The notes under the pieces: generated by a model
Databases searched by the model: none
Seen by the model: only the letters and a program-made list of their open reading frames with translations
What the model was told of the DNA's origin: nothing
Origin: Tubiluchus corallicola
Lineage: Eukaryota > Animalia > Priapulida
Assembly (NCBI GenBank): GCA_030141605.1
Contig: JAQGDQ010000357.1
Coordinates: forward strand, 62,001-126,000
Length of the DNA stretch: 64,000 bases
Direction: 5' to 3'
Shown here: in pieces, positions 52,071 through 64,000 of the stretch
How the letters are laid out: each line of letters starts with the position of its first letter
Numbering within the stretch: position 1 is the first letter of the stretch
Position numbers and translations under genes: made by a program

Positions 52071-52299
52071 TTCGGATTCAAACTAATCTATATTCAAATT
52101 AGAATAGGGAGCAAGTCTGAATAGCAAATATAACTTAGGATGTTTGCAGTATAATATATCTCTTCACAGTCTTTGAAACAGTGAAGTTTTTTTTACGAAA
52201 TATAATTTTGGGTTGATAGCACAATTATTGTAATGCTCATTTGCTGAGTTAGATTGCAGTGGGCTACGGCAAATTCACCTAAATGAAAATGAACATGTT

Positions 52300-53700
52300 T
52301 ACAAATACGTACAGGTTGTCCAGTGGTAATAATCATATAAAACATACAAACATCCTACAGACATCCTACAAAAATTCTACAAAAACGAAATGTGTTATTT
52401 TCCATTCCACAAATAAAAAATTGCTTGATAATTGTACCCTCTATATATTGATGGAGTAATTATTAAAAGAGTTAAAAGAGTCATAGTGCTTCATTGAAAT
52501 CTTGATTGGAGTTCCCATATTAATTATGTAAGTTCAAAAATTGCAAAACCGCGTTTCATAAATCCCGTTGTACGGGATTTCTTCACTAGACTGAATGAAT
52601 ATTATATTCCATTTTGCGGGACCAATGTTCCAGACACTTTCTAAAATTTACCGCTCCAAATCTATGGAATAAAATATCAATTTATGTCACAACATATCGA
52701 AAATTATTTGGCTTTAAAAGATATAAGAAATCTCTTCAGCTGAAAACTTGCTTACAATACATTTTTGGGTTTTGCCGATGGTCACAGTAAATCCGCGACT
52801 GATTACTTTGCAGTTTACATTTTCATACTTTTGCATCGTGTCTCTGCTGAACTTCTTTCTAATTCATTTCTTTTCTCTTTTTTTCTATCTCTTTTTTAAC
52901 TATTCCCTGTTTTTCTATAATTCTCTCTTTTGTAAATTAAGTCGTATTTTTCACTTTTCATGGTGATCTTACAAGCTTTGCTTCTTGACCACCATGCAGC
53001 ATCTATTTCTTGTTGACAAACTATTATGTAGTTTAGTAACTACGTTAGTACACGTCTGTTAAATTTTTGTAATTATATTTGGAATTTTTTCCCTAACTAT
53101 ACCATGCTATAGTATACTAATGTAGTTTTGTTACAATTATTGTAGCTATACTTCGTTTTCTAGTTATAGGGAATAATAGTTATAAAGATAATAATTCAAA
53201 TTGTAATGTAAAAATACATGTTGAAGTGATAATAAATTACAAATTACAACATCATAATTATTAGGTTATGATAGATGTTATGAGATAAATGGTAAAATAC
53301 ACCCTCCTCCCCACACGTGGGGCTCATGCGCATTTGTAAGCCTGCATACTACGATTAATAACGATTAATAACGAAGTGTCAGAAAGATTTTTAGACGGTG
53401 ATAGGTTTGGTCAAAGAATGCGTGCTAGAATGAGAATGAAGTGCAGTATTTTAAAAGTTACTTCCGTTGCTAATCATACAGAGCCGAGTATGGCTTGTTT
53501 ATGCAGATATCCATTTGTAGACACTCACCATTATTTATTGATATGCAATAAGTATGACCATATAAGACACTCGATGTTAAATTCAATACCTACTTCTTAT
53601 CGGCCTATTGTAGTCTTTTATGATTTATTTGAAAATGTTAATTGCAATTGATTCTCAAGTGTAATAGATTTTATTCAAAATAGCAAACGATTAAAATCCA
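52300..53700 (+). mobile_element. Decayed L2/Crack/Daphne-type LINE 3' fragments
   Basis: FLKFTAPNLWNKI...FGFKRYKKSL near 52640-52740 and CLCRYPFVDTHHYLLICNKYDHIR near 53495-53570; possibly two elements; boundaries approximate. Confidence 0.55.
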
Positions 53701-55722
53701 ACTTAAATATTCTGTCTATAAATATACTTGCAAAATACAATTTACAATATTGGTGCTGTTTATCTATTATTGGGAAAAAGATCATGGCAAAATAGACCTC
53801 TTTGTAGCTCGACGTCAGTCTCGAATTCAATGACGACAACCTGCCGCATCATGCCCAATTCCGCCCCGATTCAAATAGGCTTCGAGATCTGAAGTGCTAC
53901 CATCTCAAAGTATCCCTGTGCCAAATTTCAGCTTCGTTCAAGGCAGCCCTTTTTTGAACAGCAACAAAAAACATGTTACACGTGAATGAAAACAATAACG
54001 ATATCCCGGCGAAACAGATCTCTTTATAGGTTGCTTTGCAAACGAGTAACCAAAATATTTTCAAGCAGTTTAAAAAGATTTGAACATAACAGCATGGAAA
54101 GCAAAAATGTACAAGGACACAACAACCTCAACATATTAAAAGGCGTTCATTTAGTGATTTTGTATTTTGCCAGAATCATTTTACGAATTCTATACGGATT
54201 CTATAGCTACTATGCAAAGCATGAAGGTAAGGTGAGAAAAACCGCAGCAGAAACCTTTACACTTCTCGAAATGCATAAGTACAATGTGAAAATCCTATAG
54301 GGATTTCATAAAGTGTCTAAATTTTGCACATATCCTATTTGTAACAGCTAAAGTAGAATAAAATCGACATTTTACAAGTTGAAGACTCCTAAAGTGTAGA
54401 AAAACAAATTTCACAGAAGGTCCTGAAAATTGACGTCAAACATATTGGTCTATCGCTTCGACCCCGCTGTAACGTAAGCACGCTCAGCAGCATTCGGACA
54501 ACAGCTCTCGCTGGACAATAACTGTCTAAGCTAAACTAAACAACATGATAGTCAGTATTAATGTCTAACCAGCAGATAAACTGACTGCACGTTTTCATAA
54601 ACAAAAATTTGCAGAACAGCTGCTATTTTTACACGAAATTAACACTTCGTGTAACCAAAAATGACTTTTCAATTTGAACAGAATGTGGAGACGAAGCTCC
54701 AAAGCACTACAAAATACAGAGACATAAATATAATAAAAAAGCTAAGCCAGTTAGCCTTGCTTACAATGAGCAACAAAAATATTAAGTCTCTCTTGCCATT
54801 TAATCATACAAATATGAAGCCTGCGATGTATTTTTCTATATTAATTGGTCACGTGCTCGTCTGCAAGTTTTATCAAGTTTTTGTATTTTTCCGTTTGTCA
54901 GGCTACGGAAATGGAATAAATTCGATAGATCCATTCCATGGACGACCTTTATATTGAATGCCTGAGTTTCACAAGTCCCAATGGCAGCTTTTAACCATGA
55001 TTATAACTAGAAAAATAGCGTAAAACTAACTAATATCACATTGATGTATAATATAGGTTTTAACCACCTTTGAATTTGACTGAGAAGATCTTATTGAGGT
55101 TTATCAAAACTGGCCAGAAAAAAACATTTTGTTTTGTCCTTATTTAAAGTTAATCAAATAGTTGTTTTTACCTAACTTGCAAAGCCATAAACTAAACTAA
55201 ACTGCGTATTTTCTTTACTGCAAAATGGTTTAATCAGCAACTCATAAACTATCTTCTTCTTATATTAATCTTAAGCATTTCTTCCTATAAACGAAACTGG
55301 ACTATATATTTCCACTAATTCACTTGCAATTTCAATTGACAATAATAAAATTTAGAATCAGGCAAATATTTTTCCCGCTATCTAATGAAAAGTTGAGCAT
55401 TTTTCACGACAGTGTTAGATGAAGCTGTAGCTAAATGCATTGAACGTACCTGCGTTAATTAAGCTCTGCAGGTGTGTGAAATGACTTGCACGCTGATTGG
55501 GCAGCCAGCGAAAATGCTTGACATTATGTTAGACGACAATTGTCTCAACATTCCAGGAACACCTTTCACGTCAAACGAAAACGGATGTCCTGCCATTTCC
55601 TAAACGTAACATTGCCACAGAGTATTTCCACCTTGAACGAGTGTTTCTGTACTTTGTTAGTTTAGGACTTGGACATTCATCTGCGTTTTCATTGAATAAA
55701 GAAAATCGTGAAACAAAAAATC

Positions 55723-58700
55723 ATGGCATGTAAGTAAAGATGAGTTTTGAGTCATTATAAAATGTGCGTAGTAATAGTTCATATAAATTCGTCAAGCTGT
55801 TATAAATAAATGTAAAAAAAACTTCTTAAAGAGAGTATTATAGGTCTGAGTTGGGGCTGTAAAGTGTAAAATATAGTAAAAGTTTATATAAAATCCGCAA
55901 ACTATCATAAATAAATGTAAGAAATCTCTTAAGGAGAGTACGTAACCAAAAATCTTTATTCCTTCTTGCTTATTCAGCCGTTAAAGACTTTTCTTTTCGC
56001 TCTGGTTAATTCACTACATGTTTAAGCAAATTTGGTTCAGTTCACAGCTTAAATCTTTTTTCATAAGTTTTAAACCACACATTTATAAATTTAAATATTC
56101 TTCAATCACCTCGATATGTGTGTTTTAGCACTTTTAGATGCGGTGTATTAACTTTACTTGGTGGAAATATTTGATTCACTAGCAATTATATGGTTTATCT
56201 GTATGGCTTGACTGATAAATTTTCACCCAAGTGTCTTATTCTGCTCATTGGTCGTAATTCTATAAACTTTTACATGATCAACACTTTTATTGTACACTAT
56301 TTTATTATTCTATAGGGCACCTAAAGCCGCTGTCTTAAAGTTGAAAGTAATTGTTATTTTGTGCATTAGATTTTCTGTTCCTTGTTAGCGCTAGTTGCTC
56401 GAAAACTTTTAATTTTTTACTATTTATTTGTGCATTTTTACTAATTTAACATGCAAATAAAATTCAATTCAAAATATCAAAGTATATAAACGTTGCTTTT
56501 CCTCTCTTTCATTCTTAAAGGGGACGAAAAAACCGCTATACCAGTTTGTTGTTTTTACTGAAGCGTGAAAGTCATTATGTGACATTAACTCATCTTCTCA
56601 TGAAATCTTATTTCAGCTTATCCACAGCAGGGAGGCTACCCACCAGTACCACCTTATAATCCTGACTATCCTCCTCAATCGGCAGGATTTGCAGCTCCTA
56701 CCAACGCAACTGTGGTATGTTTGTCGTGCCATAATTGTGATCTTTACCTAATTGTACTACTTAACTGTAATAGTTTTTCACTATTTCGATTACGCTGAGC
56801 GAAACTTAATAGTCAGTGACAGACACTTTTCGTTTCATATCCACAGTTTGTAATTTCTTTACGCTGATGTCTGAACAGAAATAATCCATCAGAAACTTTA
56901 GGATTTATTTACTTCGAATATCGTAGCTGTTAATTTCAACAATTTCAATTCGCGGGATAAAAATATAACTCTCCTATCTGGTAATCCGCAAGTAAGCCAC
57001 GACCAAAATGTTCTCATATTTCACTCAGTGCAGTGATATATTAAGGAGAGCAAAAGACTCCGCCGCGGAAATTAGTCAATATCAATACTCGGCATATCAA
57101 TTAGCTAACTTAGAGAATTTTTCCGATGCTCTATCGCCAATTAATTCTGTGTATACTTTGTAATTTTCGATGTACATACATGCTTGGTGTACAAGTCACT
57201 TCTTTTAGACTATTTACCTTAGGTTTCCTTAGGTTTTATAATAATTCTAACAAATAAAAGATATGTTTACAAAAAACACCAATACAAGTGGTAAATAAGC
57301 TTTTGTTGGGAGAGGGTACAAAAACAACGAACAAGAACACAAAACAATTTATTACATCAATGCATTGCTGTAGCAATAGAGAGTGATGCTCTCAATATTT
57401 AGCATGAACGCCTCAGCGACCCAAAGCTTTGACGACCCAATGACACCCGTCAGGGCTGCAAAGTGTGAAAGTATGATGGATTCTCTATTGCTTCAGTAAC
57501 TTTTCATAAAATAAATTTTTCAATAGGCTGTAGCGTACTCAGGGCCTGGTTATTACCTTTTGAACCCCTAGGCTAATGAAATTATGGTGCTCCTTCAGAC
57601 GGAGCCACCTATCTAAAGGCCTATTTACAGGGCGCGTTTTTGACGCAATTCTATCACGCATTTCCTAATTTCTTGCGACATCGCAAGCAGGACGCAAGAA
57701 CCAGACCAATCAGATAAGTGAAATTGGGTCACGTGGGTTGTCATTGTTAGCGGCATTTTGGAGAAGGAAAACAACAATCTTGACATTTTGACAGCATGGC
57801 GTCACAACTAGACTTGCAGAGCAAGGAGACCACAATGCAATTGATTGAACAATATCGTACCTTGTCTGCACTGTGGGATGTACACAGTGAGTAGAACAGA
57901 TTGGCTGGTCAGAACAGATTGGCTATCAGCCTGGGAGCCAGTAACAAGGAAACATAGTGAAGATTTACTGTGATTCAAAAAACAATAGCCCCAATGATTC
58001 CCACTGTTTTAACTGACTTTAAGTTGGTTTCTTTAGCCGACATTTGTGTGTCGACCTCTGGGAGCCTGCTGTAATAAATTTATTGTAAATTCTTTAAATA
58101 AACTAGAACGGCTATCTTTTATTTGTATTTCAAGCAATAGCACTATTATACTGTTTATTGAAAACCAAATTAACACACATTTCAACGCAATCTTAGTGAA
58201 AAAATTGATTTTAACAAATATTACCAAAGCTTGAAGGCCGCCAAACTTGAGGGGCCTAAGCTGCAGCCTATATTTGCCTACAGGATAATCCGGCCCCGAG
58301 CCTACTATCTCTTATTGTCTTTTAACCCGCTCAACATATTGAACTTTCTGAAACAACTGGTTTCCTAGAATTTTTTATATGAAACCAGTTACCAAAAAGC
58401 ATACGTCTAATTTCTAAAGTTTGTGCGTTGGAAATTCCTTAGAAAAATACCACGATTTCCTACTCTTCGTCTAAGTGAATGAAAAGTGTTTGGCCTGTGA
58501 TAGTACATTAATCGATACATTATATTTACTTTGAAATAAATTGAAAATTGGAATAAATTGAATTTGTATTTTTATACACAGATTCACGTTCAAGCTGCGC
58601 CACCTCCACCCAATCGTTTGGTGTTTTCCATTATAAACTGCATGTTTTGTTGTTGGCCAATAGGAATCTTTGCAATTTATTATTCTTTGAAGGTAAGAAA

Positions 58701-59269
58701 TCTTCACTTTTCACATGTCGGCACTTTGTGTTAGTACGTTAAGGTGACCTGTGCATGGCTTGGTTTTTTGTAGCTTTTTTGAAGTAATATATAAAGAGGT
58801 TTGTTTCGCTGTGATTTTGGCTTTATTGACGTTTTCAATGATTAAAAGAAGCGACGGAAGGGAATCACCCGAAGCAGGGCAAGTTACTAAAAAACTTGTA
58901 TACTTTGTATGCCACAAAACGTACGTGTGTGTGTGCGTGGCATGAGAGTTTGTGCGAATAACCAAAATTTTGCATTCCAGACTAGTTTATTTAGCTCAGG
59001 AAAAACTTTGTGATGATTTACGCCTTTAAGGATACAAACTTTTATACATCACTTGACTATTGTTTACTCCTTTTTGACAGGTCGATTCGAAAGCCTCCCG
59101 TGGAGACTTAGAAGGAGCAAAGAAGGCCTCTGATTCAGCTAGGAAACTTAACCTGGCGGGTGTAATTACTGGAAGTATTTTTTGGATTTTGAGCGTTGTA
59201 CTCATTATACTGTATTTCACTGTTTTCGCCGTCAGCGTGACCTACACGTACAGCTCACTTTACAAGTAG
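55723..59269 (+). CDS. CD225/dispanin family membrane protein (PRRT1/IFITM-like), 134 aa, four exons
   Basis: Exons 55723-55729, 56617-56714, 58582-58692, 59081-59269: MASYPQQGGYPPVPPYNPDYPPQSAGFAAPTNATV-IHVQAAPPPPNRLVFSIINCMFCCWPIGIFAIYYSLK-VDSKASRGDLEGAKKASDSARKLNLAGVITGSIFWILSVVLIILYF... FCCxPxG and GDxxGA are CD225 hallmarks. Confidence 0.93.
57616..57894 (+). mobile_element. PIF/Harbinger-like fragment with truncated MADF/Myb-SANT ORF, nested in a CAGGGCC-ended MITE (~57540-58278)
   Basis: 57796-57894 MASQLDLQSKETTMQLIEQYRTLSALWDVHSE* fits the start of a MADF domain (LIExYR...LWD). Confidence 0.55.
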
Positions 59270-59609
59270 CCATTTTCATCTTCCATTTACAAAATTATAA
59301 AGTTCAAAATTTCTCGGTCCTTCCACTGTTCGAAGGAATTCTAATGGCTACTAGAAAGTGATTATTTTTCTGGTTTCTTTTTTATGATAACTGTTACGAT
59401 AATCTTCAGGATGCTCTTTCTGCTAGAGAAACTGCTAGAGTGAACCAAACTTTTTAGTTAGTCCGTTGGCTTTTGTCAAGTTCCGCAGCATAAAAAACGT
59501 TTATTTTACTTATCATATTTTTCTGATTTGTCATTCTTCTCTGTTAAGTATCATTGACGATCATATAGATGTTAATGTTGATTATAAGAGCAACAATGCT
59601 GAAATCATT

Positions 59610-59895
59610 ATTCATGATGATGACGAGAATAAAATGATTATGACAACGTGGTGCTGATAATAAATGCGATGATGGCATTATTGCAAAGGATGACGACGAT
59701 GACGACGACAACGATGATGGTGATGATAATGATGATGATATGATAGTTGTGAGCATGTGATGAGCATGACGACGCTAATGACGATTATAATGACGATGGC
59801 AATTTTCATTATGTTGCAATGATGACGCTGACAACGAAGATTATGATGACAATGACGGTAACAGTTATAATGATGATAATGATGATGATGATGAT
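59610..59895. repeat. Degenerate (GAT/GAC)n low-complexity tract
   Basis: Directly visible. Confidence 0.85.
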
Positions 59896-61152
59896 TATAT
59901 TAATACATTTGTTTGCTTTACAAAACATTAAACGTTCATATTAGCAGCTGCAGTAAGTTTCTCATTATGTTGATGATGGTGGCAGTTAGCAGGACTGAGG
60001 GCGGTAGATGTATGAGCCAGCGAATGAGGATGATAACGTCTGCGGCGTTTGTAACTCAATCATGGCTGCAGCCTTTTGATTCACTAAAATCAAAGAAAAG
60101 GAATGTAAATTTCAGTTGTCAATAGTATAACAGTATAATCATTATCAAGGCACGACTAGGTACCACCGAAGTTGACCAAACGACTGACTAAAAAACTAGC
60201 TACGACAAATGATGTGTATTTTAGTTGGAATACTATAAATATCATTAACTATCATTGCTGCTGTAATAATTGCAAGGTATTGTAAAACCCTATGTTTTCA
60301 AAAAGAAAGTTGTAAACGCGTTGTTACAATGTTTGCTAGTTTCTTGTGAGTTTTGTCAGATTCAACAATAATTTAGTGTGTAGGATTATCCTGTATAGGC
60401 TATAGCCTAGGGTCCCTCAAGCTTGAAGGGCTCAAGGTTTGCTAACATTTGGTAAAAAAACGTTTTTTTCACTATGGATGTATTAAAATACGTGTAAATT
60501 TGATTTGCAATAAATAGTAAAATAGTGGTACTTCTTAAAGAATATTTTTATTGGCAAACAAAAGATATCTATTCCAGTTCATTTAAAGAATTAGCGATGT
60601 TTATTTCAAGTTATATAAATGTCGCAGAAATATGTCACGAGTACAGTATTATCAAGATGGGTGCAGGCCTGTTAGAAGGTGGCTCCTCCGACAGGAGCCC
60701 TATAATTTCGTGTCCAGGGCCTCAAAAGGTCATAATCCGGCCCTGGTTACTATATCACAGCAACATAGCTGACTAGCTAAATGACATATAATAATTGTAC
60801 ATACATCATTAAAAGTAAGGCTGTAGAATTGCTATCAAAATCAATAATGAAAAACTTGGGAAAAAACATTAAAGCGTACATTCACTTTAGCTGTTAAACA
60901 AATTTGCAATGCATTTACAATTTACAAAAAATTCTTATATAGGAGTGTTTTATGGTAGAAATATAGGCATATCACGATTTTAACTATAAACTGCATCTAA
61001 AGATGTAAAATGGCTTTGTCCAATCTTGTTTAGGCGCCCATTCATATAAAACTTGTAATAGGCAAAAAAATAAAAAGAAATACAAAAAACAACGTTTACT
61101 ATGCGTTTAATAAATCTAAAATGAATTTGGTACTCACACATGCTTAAGTCTT

Positions 61153-61516
61153 ATGATACGCGAAAGCATCCAGCGTCTTAAAGCCAGAAATAACTTATAT
61201 TGTCGATGGGCGACGAAACCCAGCGCTGGGAGCAAACGCTGGAACTTCTTCCTATTTTTTGAGCGTCCACAATCAGCTCCTCAATCTATTCCTCAACCAG
61301 TCAATGATGATTGGGCCTGCGAATTATTATGCGAATCAATAACGTAAAAAAGAAAGCATTGATAATTTTGATATAGTCCATTTTATTTTTCCATATAGAG
61401 CATAGAGTTTGGACGCCAGACTTTTTGGTGTTAACTTACCCTGACGTTGGACACTGGATGGCAGCAACTAAACGTTGGAAGCCAGACGCCATACGCTGGA
61501 TGCTTTCGTATATCAT
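61153..61516. mobile_element. MITE (364 bp) with 24-bp TIRs
   Basis: ATGATACGCGAAAGCATCCAGCGT and ACGCTGGATGCTTTCGTATATCAT. Confidence 0.85.
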
Positions 61517-61677
61517 TTGCTTTAAACATTATTCTTTTTAGAACAAAAACAATGTGATGGTGTTGATACAATTAACATTAAATATTACAGCACTTTTTGA
61601 AAGCGTTTATACAAAAATGCTTTATCAGAAGTTTTCAAATCATTTCATCCTTTCTAAGATGACCTTCAACCACAAGA

Positions 61678-61797
61678 CTAGAAGCGTCGACGATGATGAT
61701 GATGATGGACATGAACATGGCCGTGTGGTCGTCTGTGGTGCGTGACCGCTGCTCCAATCGCCATGCCAGCAGCAACACCGGCCATTGGTCTTGGAGG
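61678..61797 (-). CDS. Probable terminal exon: small-residue (glycine-zipper-like) segment plus His-rich tail
   Basis: Acceptor tttttgtgaacag; PPRPMAGVAAGMAIGAAVTHHRRPHGHVHVHHHHHRRRF*; GC-rich against its flanks; second copy at the window end. Upstream exons not identified. Confidence 0.6.
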   Translation of the reverse strand, partial: PPRPMAGVAAGMAIGAAVTHHRRPHGHVHVHHHHHRRRF

Positions 61798-61974
61798 CTG
61801 TTCACAAAAATAGAACTGCAATAATGAGTTGCAAAATTCACCTAGAGAATTTCAGTTGAGAAGCTAAAACAGTGCATAAAGAAATCAAACACAGACATCA
61901 ATTGAAAACATATACTGAAGTTAGTCTAAAGGCCAAAATCCTGAAAATATCTGAACAACATTCTATCAAGCCTG

Positions 61975-62355
61975 TCTTATCAATTTAACTATACTGAATC
62001 AGAAAAAAAGCTGTTGTCAGTTCGAAAACTTAGCGAAATGTTATCACAAAAACAAAATGGCCGCTAAGTTTATGGAAAAACAACGTAAATTAAGAGAAAT
62101 TTCCAGAGAATTAACATTAAGAGGCGATTATGACATTACATTTAAATAAAATTAACAGGATGGATTCCTTGGGTTCAATTACCTTAGAATAGATGTCATA
62201 ATCGCCTTTTAAATAATATACTGGGAATTTTTTAAATTTACATTGTTTGCTCAAAAGCTTGGTGGCATTATATTTATGCGATTTTTACCCTTTTCCGCCA
62301 TTTTTTCAAGATGACAACAACTTTTTTACATTCAGTATAGTCAAATTGATAAGAT
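61975..62355. mobile_element. Foldback/MITE with ~165-bp imperfect arms
   Basis: tcttatcaatttaactatactgaat versus attcagtatagtcaaattgataaga; aggcgattatgacat versus atgtcataatcgcct. Confidence 0.8.
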
Positions 62356-62978
62356 TGTCTACGTAGCCAACTTTTAGGAAAAGAAAACGTCTCCAGCGTT
62401 CCAGTTTTCTGAAAACCGAACAAGTCCATTATTGAGTTTTGAAATCAAGCTTGGCGAAAAGGCAGGAAATGCAGATAAGTAGCAGCAGATTAGATTTGAA
62501 CCAGGAGCCATTTGGCGTGAGTATGACAACAATGTAGCAATTGAAACTGTTGGACTACTTGGCGTGTTTTGGTATACATTGAGCCTGCCGTCATAACAAG
62601 TGCTTGTGATGATCATTACAATGGATTTACAAGCCAACGGTCCGGGGTTCAAATCCAGCTTTTTATAATTAAATATTTTACAGTTTTTCAGTCAGGTTCG
62701 CAATTAAAATCTAATAGCCGTAAGTTTATTTCATTATTGCTTAGAAATCTTGAAATTAACATTCAAATTAAGCACCGTGGATGAATTCCTACAGTACCAA
62801 CTGGGTCGTGTAGAGCAAGTAGTTTCAAAAAAATTAAAAAAGCTGTTGGATAAGAAGAAAAGAACGAAATGAATCAAAAATGAAGTGAAAAATGGAAAGA
62901 AAGAAACTGTTCAAGTCAGAGAAAATAAAGAAGTGATTACATAATCAACAGTAAACATTTAACAATGATTCAGGCCAG

Positions 62979-63373
62979 GTTGTTGTTGTTGTTCTTGTTC
63001 TTCTTGTTCTTCTTCTTCTTCGTTTTCTTGTTGTTGTTGTTGTTCTTCTTGTTCTTCTTGTTGTTGTTGTTGTTCTTCTTCTTTTTCTTCTTCTTCTTCT
63101 TCTTCTTCTTCTTCTTCTTTTTCTTCTTGTTCTTATTCTTCTTGTTCTTCTTCTTCTTGTTGCTCTTCTTCTTGTTGTTCTTCTTCTTGTTGTTCTTCTT
63201 CTTCTTGTTCTTCTTCTTGTTGTTGTTGTTGTTCTTGTTGATGTTGTTGTTGTTGTTGTTGTTGTTCTTCTTCTTCTTCCTGTTCTTCTTCTTGTTCTTC
63301 TTCTTGTTCTTCTTGTTCTTCTTGTTCTTCTTCTTCCTGTTCTTCTTCTTCTTCTTCTTGTTCTTCTTGTTGT

Positions 63374-63408
<35 letters not shown>

Positions 63409-63420
63409 TTGTTGTTCTTC

Positions 63421-63464
<44 letters not shown>

Positions 63465-63778
63465 CTTCTTCTTCTTCTTCTTCTTCTTCTTCTTCTTCTT
63501 CTTCTTCTTCTTCCTCCTCGTTCTTCTTCTTGTTCTTCTTCTTGTTGTTCTTCTTCTTCTTGTTCTTCTTGTACTTCTTGTTGTTCTTCTTCTCGTTGTT
63601 GTTGTTCTTCTTCTTGTTCTTGTTCTTGTTCTTGTTCTTGTTGTTGTTCTTGTTCTTGTTCTTGTTCTTGTTCTTGTTCTTGTTCTTGTTCTTGTTCTTG
63701 TTCTTGTTCTTGTTCTTCTTGTTCTTCTTCTTGTTCTTCTTCTTCTTGTTCTTGCTGTTGTTGTTGTTCTTCTTCTTC

Positions 63779-63843
<65 letters not shown>

Positions 63844-63970
63844 CTTCTTCTTCTTCTTCTTCTTCTTCTTCTTCTTCTTCTTCTTGTTCTTCTTCCTGTG
63901 CTTGTTCTTCTTGTTCTTGTTCTTCTTGTTCTTGTTCTTCTTCTTGTTCTTCTTGTTGTTCTTCTTGTTG
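62979..63970. repeat. ~1-kb compound (TTC/TTG)n microsatellite
   Basis: Directly visible; abuts a second copy of the His-rich exon at 63971-64000. Confidence 0.97.
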
Positions 63971-64000
63971 AACATGAACATGGCCGTGTGGTCGTCTGTG

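Noticed and set aside
63133-63981. 282-aa K/N then E/Q ORF as listed in the track
   Set aside because: Its ATG is out of frame with the paralogous exon reading; it is a microsatellite translation.

Overview
AT-rich, intron-containing, TE- and microsatellite-rich animal DNA, most likely from an invertebrate; I cannot name the species. The ORF track is mostly noise, so I rebuilt the genes by hand from GT-AG boundaries and reading-frame phase. Minus strand, left to right: the 5' part of SYCP1 (runs off the left edge); a GTSF1/Asterix gene with an unusually long Pro/Gly/GRG tail; a homogenised 17-finger C2H2 array; a protamine-like Arg/Lys/Ser-rich terminal exon ending in CaaX (CSIL); a two-exon 69-aa metallothionein with four MREs; a second paralogous basic exon ending in CSII; and two copies of a glycine-zipper/His-rich terminal exon, one running into a 1-kb microsatellite. 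Plus strand: a complete 4-exon CD225/dispanin gene. Mobile DNA includes a decayed full-length IS630-Tc1-mariner element, a Ty3/gypsy integrase tail with its LTR, RTE and CR1/L2 LINE fragments and many MITEs. Best novelty candidates: the duplicated protamine-like CaaX exons (possible prenylated chromatin-to-membrane tethers) and the co-oriented cluster of germline-type genes.
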